64,000 bases of DNA. Origin: Auanema rhodensis (lineage: Eukaryota; Animalia; Nematoda). Position 1 is the stretch's first letter; each line of letters begins with the position of its first letter. A program made the position numbers and the translations under genes. The notes beneath the pieces are model-generated. The model had not been told where the DNA came from and made no database searches. It saw nothing but the letters and a program-made list of their open reading frames with translations. The stretch is from NCBI GenBank assembly GCA_964057225.1, contig OZ059897.1, positions 868,001 to 932,000 of the forward strand, in the 5' to 3' direction. Shown here piece after piece: positions 52,701 to 64,000 of the stretch.

Positions 52701-55700
52701 ATAGCTTCAGTTTGCTGCTCTAGCTGGTTTTCAATTTTTATGAGAATTTTCATCATCTTACAACAAATTCAATTGAATCTAACATGAAATAATTTTTCGT
52801 TTTGAAAAGCATTGAATATCATTGTTCCTTATAATATTGGATTTGATTATTACTTTGTTAGCTTTATGATTTTTGCTACTGTATAGCTTCAGTTTGCTGC
52901 TCTAGCTGGTTTTCAATTTTTATGAGATTTTTCATCATCTTACAACAAATTCAATTGAATCTAACATGAATTATTTTTTCGTTTTGAAAAGCATTGAATA
53001 TCATTGTTCCTTGTAATATTGGATTTGATTATTGCTTTGTTAGCTTTATGATTTTTGCTACTGTATAGCTTCACTTTGCTGCTCTAGCTGGTTTTCAATT
53101 TTTATTAGATTTTTCATCATCTTACAACAAATTCAATTGAATCTAACATGAAATAATTATTCGTTTTGAAAAGCATTGAATATCATTGTTCCTTGTAATA
53201 ATTGATTTGAATATTGCTTCGTTTGTTTTAAGATTTTGCTACTGCATAGCTTCAGTTTGCTGCTCTAGCTGGTTTTCAATTTTTGTTAGATTTTTCATCA
53301 TCTTACAACAAATTCAATTGAATCTAACATGAATTATTTTTTCGTTTTGAAAAGCATTGAATATCATTGTTCCTTATAATATTGGATTTGAATATTGCTT
53401 CGTTAGTTTTATGATTTTTGCTACTACATGTCATGTGTTTACTGCTCTAGCTGGTTTTCAATTTTTATGAGATTTTTCATCATCTTACAACAAATTCAAT
53501 TGAATCTAACATGAATTATTTTTTCGTTTTGAAAAGCATTGAATATCATTGTTCCTTGTAATATTGGATTTGATTATTACTTTGTTAGCTTTATGATTTT
53601 GCTACTGTATAGCTTCAGTTTGCTGCTCTAGCTGGTTTTCAATTTTTATGAGAATTTTCATCATCTTACAACAAATTCAATTGAATCTAACATGAAATAA
53701 TTTTTCGTTTTGAAAAGCATTGAATATCATTGTTCCTTATAATATTGGATTTGATTATTACTTTGTTAGCTTTATGATTTTTGCTACTGTATAGCTTCAG
53801 TTTGCTGCTCTAGCTGGTTTTCAATTTTTATGAGATTTTTCATCATCTTACAACAAATTCAATTGAATCTAACATGAATTATTTTTTCGTTTTGAAAAGC
53901 ATTGAATATCATTGTTCCTTGTAATATTGGATTTGATTATTGCTTTGTTAGCTTTATGATTTTTGCTACTGTATAGCTTCACTTTGCTGCTCTAGCTGGT
54001 TTTCAATTTTTATTAGATTTTTCATCATCTTACAACAAATTCAATTGAATCTAACATGAAATAATTATTCGTTTTGAAAAGCATTGAATATCATTGTTCC
54101 TTGTAATAATTGATTTGAATATTGCTTCGTTAGTTTTATGATTTTTGCTACTGTATAGCTTCAGTTTGCTGCTCTAGCTGGTTTTTAATTTTTATGAGAT
54201 TTTTCATCATCTTACAACAAATTCAATTGAATCTAACATGAAATAATTATTCGTTTTGAAAAGCATTGAATATCATTGTTCCTTATAATATTGGATTTGA
54301 ATATTGCTTCGTTAGTTTTATGATTTTTGCTACTACATGTCATGTGTTTACTGCTCTAGCTGGTTTTCAATTTTTATGAGATTTTTCATCATCTTACAAC
54401 AAATTCAATTGAATCTAACATGAATCATTTTTTCGTTTTGAAAAGCATTGAATATCATTGTTCCTTGTAATATTGGATTTGATTATTTCTTTGTTAGCTT
54501 TATGATTTTTGCTACTGTTTAGCTTCAGTTTGCTGCTCTAGCTGGTTTTCCATTTTTATGAGATTTTTCATCATCTTATAACAAATTCAATTGAATCTAA
54601 CATGAATTATTTTTTCGTTTTGAAAAGCATTGAATATCATTGTTCCTTGTAATATTGGATTTGATTATTACTTTGTTAGCTTTATGATTTTGCTACTGTA
54701 TAGCTTCAGTTTGCTGCTCTAGCTGGTTTTCAATTTTTATGAGAATTTTCATCATCTTACAACAAATTCAATTGAATCTAACATGAAATAATTTTTCGTT
54801 TTGAAAAGCATTGAATATCATTGTTCCTTATAATATTGGATTTGAATATTGCTTCGTTAGTTTTATGATTTTTGCTACTACATGTCATGTGTTTACTGCT
54901 CTAGCTGGTTTTCAATTTTTATGAGATTTTTCATCATCTTACAACAAATTCAATTGAATCTAACATGAAATAATTTTTCGTTTTGAAAAGCATTGAATAT
55001 CATTGTTCCTTATAATATTGGATTTGAATATTGCTTCGTTAGTTTTATGATTTTTGCTACTGTATAGCTTCAGTTTGCTGCTCTAGCTGGTTTTCAATTT
55101 TTATGAGATTTTTCATCATCTTACAACAAATTCAATTGAATCTAACATGAAATAATTATTCGTTTTGAAAAGCATTGAATATCATTGTTCCTTGTAATAT
55201 TGGATTTGAATATTGCTTCGTTTGTTTTAAGATTTTGCTACTGCATAGCTTCAGTTTGCTGCTCTAGCTGGTTTTCAATTTTTATGAGATTTTTCATCAT
55301 CTTACAACAAATTCAATTGAATCTAACATGAAATAATTTTTCGTTTTGAAAAGCATTGAATATCATTGTTCCTTGTAATATTGGATTTGATTATTGCTTT
55401 GTTAGCTTTATGATTTTTGCTACTGTATAGCTTCAGTTTGCTGCTCTAGCTGGTTTTCAATTTTTATGAGATTTTTCATCATCTTACAACAAATTCAATT
55501 GAATCTAACATGAAATAATTTTTCGTTTTGAAAAGCATTGAATATCATTGTTCCTTATAATATTGGATTTGATTATTACTTTGTTAGCTTTATGATTTTG
55601 CTACTGTATAGCTTCAGTTTGCTGCTCTAGCTGGTTTTCCATTTTTATGAGATTTTTCATCATCTTATAACAAATTCAATTGAATCTAACATGAATTATT

Positions 55701-58700
55701 TTTTCGTTTTGAAAAGCATTGAATATCATTGTTCCTTGTAATATTGGATTTGATTATTGCTTTGTTAGCTTTATGATTTTTGCTACTGTATAGCTTCAGT
55801 TTGCTGCTCTAGCTGGTTTTCAATTTTTATGAGATTTTTCATCATCTTACAACAAATTCAATTGAATCTAACATGAAATAATTTTTCGTTTTGAAAAGCA
55901 TTGAATATCATTGTTCCTTGTAATATTGGATTTGATTATTGCTTTGTTAGCTTTATGATTTTTGCTACTGTATAGCTTCAGTTTGCTGCTCTAGCTGGTT
56001 TTCAATTTTTATGAGATTTTTCATCATCTTACAACAAATTCAATTGAATCTAACATGAAATAATTTTTCGTTTTGAAAAGCATTGAATATCATTGTTCCT
56101 TATAATATTGGATTTGAATATTGCTTCGTTAGTTTTATGATTTTTGCTACTGTATAGCTTCAGTTTGCTGCTCTAGCTGGTTTTCAATTTTTATGAGATT
56201 TTTCATCATCTTATAACAAATTCAATTGAATCTAACATGAATTATTTTTTCGTTTTGAAAAGCATTGAATATCATTGTTCCTTGTAATATTGGATTTGAT
56301 TATTGCTTTGTTAGCTTTATGATTTTTGCTACTGTATAGCTTCAGTTTGCTGCTCTAGCTGGTTTTCAATTTTTATGAGATTTTTCATCATCTTACAACA
56401 AATTCAATTGAATCTAACATGAAATAATTTTTCGTTTTGAAAAGCATTGAATATCATTGTTCCTTGTAATATTGGATTTGATTATTGCTTTGTTAGCTTT
56501 ATGATTTTTGCTACTGTATAGCTTCAGTTTGCTGCTCTAGCTGGTTTTCAATTTTTATGAGATTTTTCATCATCTTACAACAAATTCAATTGAATCTAAC
56601 ATGAAATAATTTTTCGTTTTGAAAAGCATTGAATATCATTGTTCCTTATAATATTGGATTTGAATATTGCTTCGTTAGTTTTATGATTTTTGCTACTACA
56701 TGTCATGTGTTTACTGCTCTAGCTGGTTTTCAATTTTTATGAGATTTTTCATCATCTTACAACAAATTCAATTGAATCTAACATGAATTATTTTTTCGTT
56801 TTGAAAAGCATTGAATATCATTGTTCCTTGTAATATTGGATTTGATTATTACTTTGTTAGCTTTATGATTTTGCTACTGTATAGCTTCAGTTTGCTGCTC
56901 TAGCTGGTTTTCAATTTTTATGAGAATTTTCATCATCTTACAACAAATTCAATTGAATCTAACATGAAATAATTTTTCGTTTTGAAAAGCATTGAATATC
57001 ATTGTTCCTTATAATATTGGATTTGATTATTACTTTGTTAGCTTTATGATTTTTGCTACTGTATAGCTTCAGTTTGCTGCTCTAGCTGGTTTTCAATTTT
57101 TATGAGATTTTTCATCATCTTACAACAAATTCAATTGAATCTAACATGAAATAATTTTTCGTTTTGAAAAGCATTGAATATCATTGTTCCTTATAATATT
57201 GGATTTGATTATTACTTTGTTAGCTTTATGATTTTTGCTACTGCATAGCTTCAGTTTGCTGCTCTAGCTGGTTTTCAATTTTTGTTAGATTTTTCATCAT
57301 CTTACAACAAATTCAATTGAATCTAACATGAATTATTTTTTCGTTTTGAAAAGCATTGAATATCATTGTTCCTTATAATATTGGATTTGAATATTGCTTC
57401 GTTAGTTTTATGATTTTTGCTACTGTATAGCTTCAGTTTGCTGCTCTAGCTGGTTTTTAATTTTTATGAGATTTTTCATCATCTTACAACAAATTCAATT
57501 GAATCTAACATGAAATAATTATTCGTTTTGAAAAGCATTGAATATCATTGTTCCTTATAATATTGGATTTGAATATTGCTTCGTTAGTTTTATGATTTTT
57601 GCTACTACATGTCATGTGTTTACTGCTCTAGCTGGTTTTCAATTTTTATGAGATTTTTCATCATCTTACAACAAATTCAATTGAATCTAACATGAATCAT
57701 TTTTTCGTTTTGAAAAGCATTGAATATCATTGTTCCTTGTAATATTGGATTTGATTATTTCTTTGTTAGCTTTATGATTTTTGCTACTGTATAGCTTCAG
57801 TTTGCTGCTCTAGCTGGTTTTCCATTTTTATGAGATTTTTCATCATCTTATAACAAATTCAATTGAATCTAACATGAATTATTTTTTCGTTTTGAAAAGC
57901 ATTGAATATCATTGTTCCTTGTAATATTGGATTTGATTATTGCTTTGTTAGCTTTATGATTTTTGCTACTGTATAGCTTCAGTTTGCTGCTCTAGCTGGT
58001 TTTCAATTTTTATGAGATTTTTCATCATCTTACAACAAATTCAATTGAATCTAACATGAAATAATTTTTCGTTTTGAAAAGCATTGAATATCATTGTTCC
58101 TTGTAATATTGGATTTGATTATTGCTTTGTTAGCTTTATGATTTTTGCTACTGTATAGCTTCAGTTTGCTGCTCTAGCTGGTTTTCAATTTTTATGAGAT
58201 TTTTCATCATCTTACAACAAATTCAATTGAATCTAACATGAAATAATTTTTCGTTTTGAAAAGCATTGAATATCATTGTTCCTTATAATATTGGATTTGA
58301 ATATTGCTTCGTTAGTTTTATGATTTTTGCTACTGTATAGCTTCAGTTTGCTGCTCTAGCTGGTTTTCAATTTTTATGAGATTTTTCATCATCTTATAAC
58401 AAATTCAATTGAATCTAACATGAATTATTTTTTCGTTTTGAAAAGCATTGAATATCATTGTTCCTTGTAATATTGGATTTGATTATTGCTTTGTTAGCTT
58501 TATGATTTTTGCTACTGTATAGCTTCAGTTTGCTGCTCTAGCTGGTTTTCAATTTTTATGAGATTTTTCATCATCTTACAACAAATTCAATTGAATCTAA
58601 CATGAAATAATTTTTCGTTTTGAAAAGCATTGAATATCATTGTTCCTTGTAATATTGGATTTGATTATTGCTTTGTTAGCTTTATGATTTTTGCTACTGT

Positions 58701-61700
58701 ATAGCTTCAGTTTGCTGCTCTAGCTGGTTTTCAATTTTTATGAGATTTTTCATCATCTTACAACAAATTCAATTGAATCTAACATGAAATAATTTTTCGT
58801 TTTGAAAAGCATTGAATATCATTGTTCCTTATAATATTGGATTTGAATATTGCTTCGTTAGTTTTATGATTTTTGCTACTACATGTCATGTGTTTACTGC
58901 TCTAGCTGGTTTTCAATTTTTATGAGATTTTTCATCATCTTACAACAAATTCAATTGAATCTAACATGAATTATTTTTTCGTTTTGAAAAGCATTGAATA
59001 TCATTGTTCCTTGTAATATTGGATTTGATTATTACTTTGTTAGCTTTATGATTTTGCTACTGTATAGCTTCAGTTTGCTGCTCTAGCTGGTTTTCAATTT
59101 TTATGAGAATTTTCATCATCTTACAACAAATTCAATTGAATCTAACATGAAATAATTTTTCGTTTTGAAAAGCATTGAATATCATTGTTCCTTATAATAT
59201 TGGATTTGATTATTACTTTGTTAGCTTTATGATTTTTGCTACTGTATAGCTTCAGTTTGCTGCTCTAGCTGGTTTTCAATTTTTATGAGATTTTTCATCA
59301 TCTTACAACAAATTCAATTGAATCTAACATGAATTATTTTTTCGTTTTGAAAAGCATTGAATATCATTGTTCCTTGTAATATTGGATTTGATTATTGCTT
59401 TGTTAGCTTTATGATTTTTGCTACTGTATAGCTTCACTTTGCTGCTCTAGCTGGTTTTCAATTTTTATTAGATTTTTCATCATCTTACAACAAATTCAAT
59501 TGAATCTAACATGAAATAATTATTCGTTTTGAAAAGCATTGAATATCATTGTTCCTTGTAATAATTGATTTGAATATTGCTTCGTTTGTTTTAAGATTTT
59601 GCTACTGCATAGCTTCAGTTTGCTGCTCTAGCTGGTTTTCAATTTTTGTTAGATTTTTCATCATCTTACAACAAATTCAATTGAATCTAACATGAATTAT
59701 TTTTTCGTTTTGAAAAGCATTGAATATCATTGTTCCTTATAATATTGGATTTGAATATTGCTTCGTTAGTTTTATGATTTTTGCTACTACATGTCATGTG
59801 TTTACTGCTCTAGCTGGTTTTCAATTTTTATGAGATTTTTCATCATCTTACAACAAATTCAATTGAATCTAACATGAATTATTTTTTCGTTTTGAAAAGC
59901 ATTGAATATCATTGTTCCTTGTAATATTGGATTTGATTATTACTTTGTTAGCTTTATGATTTTGCTACTGTATAGCTTCAGTTTGCTGCTCTAGCTGGTT
60001 TTCAATTTTTATGAGAATTTTCATCATCTTACAACAAATTCAATTGAATCTAACATGAAATAATTTTTCGTTTTGAAAAGCATTGAATATCATTGTTCCT
60101 TATAATATTGGATTTGATTATTACTTTGTTAGCTTTATGATTTTTGCTACTGTATAGCTTCAGTTTGCTGCTCTAGCTGGTTTTCAATTTTTATGAGATT
60201 TTTCATCATCTTACAACAAATTCAATTGAATCTAACATGAATTATTTTTTCGTTTTGAAAAGCATTGAATATCATTGTTCCTTGTAATATTGGATTTGAT
60301 TATTGCTTTGTTAGCTTTATGATTTTTGCTACTGTATAGCTTCACTTTGCTGCTCTAGCTGGTTTTCAATTTTTATTAGATTTTTCATCATCTTACAACA
60401 AATTCAATTGAATCTAACATGAAATAATTATTCGTTTTGAAAAGCATTGAATATCATTGTTCCTTGTAATAATTGATTTGAATATTGCTTCGTTAGTTTT
60501 ATGATTTTTGCTACTGTATAGCTTCAGTTTGCTGCTCTAGCTGGTTTTTAATTTTTATGAGATTTTTCATCATCTTACAACAAATTCAATTGAATCTAAC
60601 ATGAAATAATTATTCGTTTTGAAAAGCATTGAATATCATTGTTCCTTATAATATTGGATTTGAATATTGCTTCGTTAGTTTTATGATTTTTGCTACTACA
60701 TGTCATGTGTTTACTGCTCTAGCTGGTTTTCAATTTTTATGAGATTTTTCATCATCTTACAACAAATTCAATTGAATCTAACATGAATCATTTTTTCGTT
60801 TTGAAAAGCATTGAATATCATTGTTCCTTGTAATATTGGATTTGATTATTTCTTTGTTAGCTTTATGATTTTTGCTACTGTTTAGCTTCAGTTTGCTGCT
60901 CTAGCTGGTTTTCCATTTTTATGAGATTTTTCATCATCTTATAACAAATTCAATTGAATCTAACATGAATTATTTTTTCGTTTTGAAAAGCATTGAATAT
61001 CATTGTTCCTTGTAATATTGGATTTGATTATTACTTTGTTAGCTTTATGATTTTGCTACTGTATAGCTTCAGTTTGCTGCTCTAGCTGGTTTTCAATTTT
61101 TATGAGAATTTTCATCATCTTACAACAAATTCAATTGAATCTAACATGAAATAATTTTTCGTTTTGAAAAGCATTGAATATCATTGTTCCTTATAATATT
61201 GGATTTGAATATTGCTTCGTTAGTTTTATGATTTTTGCTACTACATGTCATGTGTTTACTGCTCTAGCTGGTTTTCAATTTTTATGAGATTTTTCATCAT
61301 CTTACAACAAATTCAATTGAATCTAACATGAAATAATTTTTCGTTTTGAAAAGCATTGAATATCATTGTTCCTTATAATATTGGATTTGAATATTGCTTC
61401 GTTAGTTTTATGATTTTTGCTACTGTATAGCTTCAGTTTGCTGCTCTAGCTGGTTTTCAATTTTTATGAGATTTTTCATCATCTTACAACAAATTCAATT
61501 GAATCTAACATGAAATAATTATTCGTTTTGAAAAGCATTGAATATCATTGTTCCTTGTAATATTGGATTTGAATATTGCTTCGTTTGTTTTAAGATTTTG
61601 CTACTGCATAGCTTCAGTTTGCTGCTCTAGCTGGTTTTCAATTTTTATGAGATTTTTCATCATCTTACAACAAATTCAATTGAATCTAACATGAAATAAT

Positions 61701-62002
61701 TTTTCGTTTTGAAAAGCATTGAATATCATTGTTCCTTGTAATATTGGATTTGATTATTGCTTTGTTAGCTTTATGATTTTTGCTACTGTATAGCTTCAGT
61801 TTGCTGCTCTAGCTGGTTTTCAATTTTTATGAGATTTTTCATCATCTTACAACAAATTCAATTGAATCTAACATGAAATAATTTTTCGTTTTGAAAAGCA
61901 TTGAATATCATTGTTCCTTATAATATTGGATTTGATTATTACTTTGTTAGCTTTATGATTTTGCTACTGTATAGCTTCAGTTTGCTGCTCTAGCTGGTTT
62001 TC
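49278..62002. repeat. 35-monomer (6363 bp) tandem duplication in array 2
   Basis: Marker pairs exactly 6363 apart: ACATGTCATGT 50335/56698, 51244/57607, 52518/58881, 53426/59789, 54335/60698 and 54880/61243; TCACTTTG 53071/59434 and 53979/60342; CTGTTTAGC 54518/60881. Identity breaks at about 55640/62003. Confidence 0.93.
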
Positions 62003-64000
62003 AATTTTTATGAGAATTTTCATCATCTTACAACAAATTCAATTGAATCTAACATGAAATAATTTTTCGTTTTGAAAAGCATTGAATATCATTGTTCCTT
62101 ATAATATTGGATTTGATTATTACTTTGTTAGCTTTATGATTTTTGCTACTGTATAGCTTCAGTTTGCTGCTCTAGCTGGTTTTCAATTTTTATTAGATTT
62201 TTCATCATCTTACAACAAATTCAATTGAATCTAACATGAAATAATTATTCGTTTTGAAAAGCATTGAATATCATTGTTCCTTGTAATAATTGATTTGAAT
62301 ATTGCTTCGTTAGTTTTATGATTTTTGCTACTGTATAGCTTCAGTTTGCTGCTCTAGCTGGTTTTTAATTTTTATGAGATTTTTCATCATCTTACAACAA
62401 ATTCAATTGAATCTAACATGAAATAATTATTCGTTTTGAAAAGCATTGAATATCATTGTTCCTTATAATATTGGATTTGAATATTGCTTCGTTAGTTTTA
62501 TGATTTTTGCTACTACATGTCATGTGTTTACTGCTCTAGCTGGTTTTCAATTTTTATGAGATTTTTCATCATCTTACAACAAATTCAATTGAATCTAACA
62601 TGAATCATTTTTTCGTTTTGAAAAGCATTGAATATCATTGTTCCTTGTAATATTGGATTTGATTATTTCTTTGTTAGCTTTATGATTTTTGCTACTGTTT
62701 AGCTTCAGTTTGCTGCTCTAGCTGGTTTTCCATTTTTATGAGATTTTTCATCATCTTATAACAAATTCAATTGAATCTAACATGAATTATTTTTTCGTTT
62801 TGAAAAGCATTGAATATCATTGTTCCTTATAATATTGGATTTGAATATTGCTTCGTTAGTTTTATGATTTTTGCTACTGTATAGCTTCAGTTTGCTGCTC
62901 TAGCTGGTTTTCAATTTTTATGAGATTTTTCATCATCTTACAACAAATTCAATTGAATCTAACATGAAATAATTATTCGTTTTGAAAAGCATTGAATATC
63001 ATTGTTCCTTGTAATATTGGATTTGAATATTGCTTCGTTTGTTTTAAGATTTTGCTACTGCATAGCTTCAGTTTGCTGCTCTAGCTGGTTTTCAATTTTT
63101 ATGAGATTTTTCATCATCTTACAACAAATTCAATTGAATCTAACATGAAATAATTTTTCGTTTTGAAAAGCATTGAATATCATTGTTCCTTGTAATATTG
63201 GATTTGATTATTGCTTTGTTAGCTTTATGATTTTTGCTACTGTATAGCTTCAGTTTGCTGCTCTAGCTGGTTTTCAATTTTTATGAGATTTTTCATCATC
63301 TTACAACAAATTCAATTGAATCTAACATGAAATAATTTTTCGTTTTGAAAAGCATTGAATATCATTGTTCCTTATAATATTGGATTTGATTATTACTTTG
63401 TTAGCTTTATGATTTTGCTACTGTATAGCTTCAGTTTGCTGCTCTAGCTGGTTTTCAATTTTTATGAGAATTTTCATCATCTTACAACAAATTCAATTGA
63501 ATCTAACATGAAATAATTTTTCGTTTTGAAAAGCATTGAATATCATTGTTCCTTATAATATTGGATTTGATTATTACTTTGTTAGCTTTATGATTTTTGC
63601 TACTGTATAGCTTCAGTTTGCTGCTCTAGCTGGTTTTCAATTTTTATTAGATTTTTCATCATCTTACAACAAATTCAATTGAATCTAACATGAAATAATT
63701 ATTCGTTTTGAAAAGCATTGAATATCATTGTTCCTTGTAATAATTGATTTGAATATTGCTTCGTTAGTTTTATGATTTTTGCTACTGTATAGCTTCAGTT
63801 TGCTGCTCTAGCTGGTTTTTAATTTTTATGAGATTTTTCATCATCTTACAACAAATTCAATTGAATCTAACATGAAATAATTATTCGTTTTGAAAAGCAT
63901 TGAATATCATTGTTCCTTATAATATTGGATTTGAATATTGCTTCGTTAGTTTTATGATTTTTGCTACTACATGTCATGTGTTTACTGCTCTAGCTGGTTT
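61340..64000. repeat. 8-monomer (1454 bp) tandem duplication in array 2 (second copy truncated by the window end)
   Basis: The marker is at 62515/63969. The TATTGG...TTCGTTTGTTTTAAG segment is at 61561/63015. Both offsets are 1454. Confidence 0.88.

Larger units (their letters stand above)
45802..64000. repeat. Tandem satellite array 2: 182-bp (some 181-bp) AT/T-rich monomer, ~100 head-to-tail copies (continues beyond the right edge)
   Basis: CTCTAGCTGG starts at 45806, 45987, 46169, 46351 and 46533 (spacings 181, 182, 182, 182). The 181-bp units carry GATTTTG instead of GATTTTTG. Confidence 0.99.

Noticed and set aside
1-64000. CRISPR array
   Set aside because: There are no unique spacers, whole units repeat, and there are no cas genes.
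1-64000. Assignment to a named satellite family or species based on monomer length
   Set aside because: Monomer length alone is not diagnostic and I do not recognise either sequence. A database search is needed.

Overview
The whole window is non-coding, AT-rich tandem satellite DNA. It is most likely eukaryotic (peri)centromeric or heterochromatic sequence; that is an inference, and I cannot name the species or satellite family. Positions 1-45801 are about 130.5 head-to-tail copies of a 351-bp monomer, with two main subtypes, chimeric monomers and local higher-order repeats (HORs). Positions ~45802-64000 are about 100 copies of a different 182-bp monomer (some 181 bp) with nested 3-, 5-, 8-, 12- and 35-monomer duplications. 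The arrays abut with no spacer, at a junction showing microhomology and a CTAGCT-CTAGCT tandem. The 63-aa ORFs are artefacts of one monomer subtype, and I found no genes, RNA genes, CRISPR arrays or intact mobile elements. The most notable points are the sharp, asymmetric junction, a shared sequence box in both satellites, 125 monomers with no net length change, conserved hairpin-forming inverted repeats and clustered multi-nucleotide patches. I do not see evidence of a new gene-based system.
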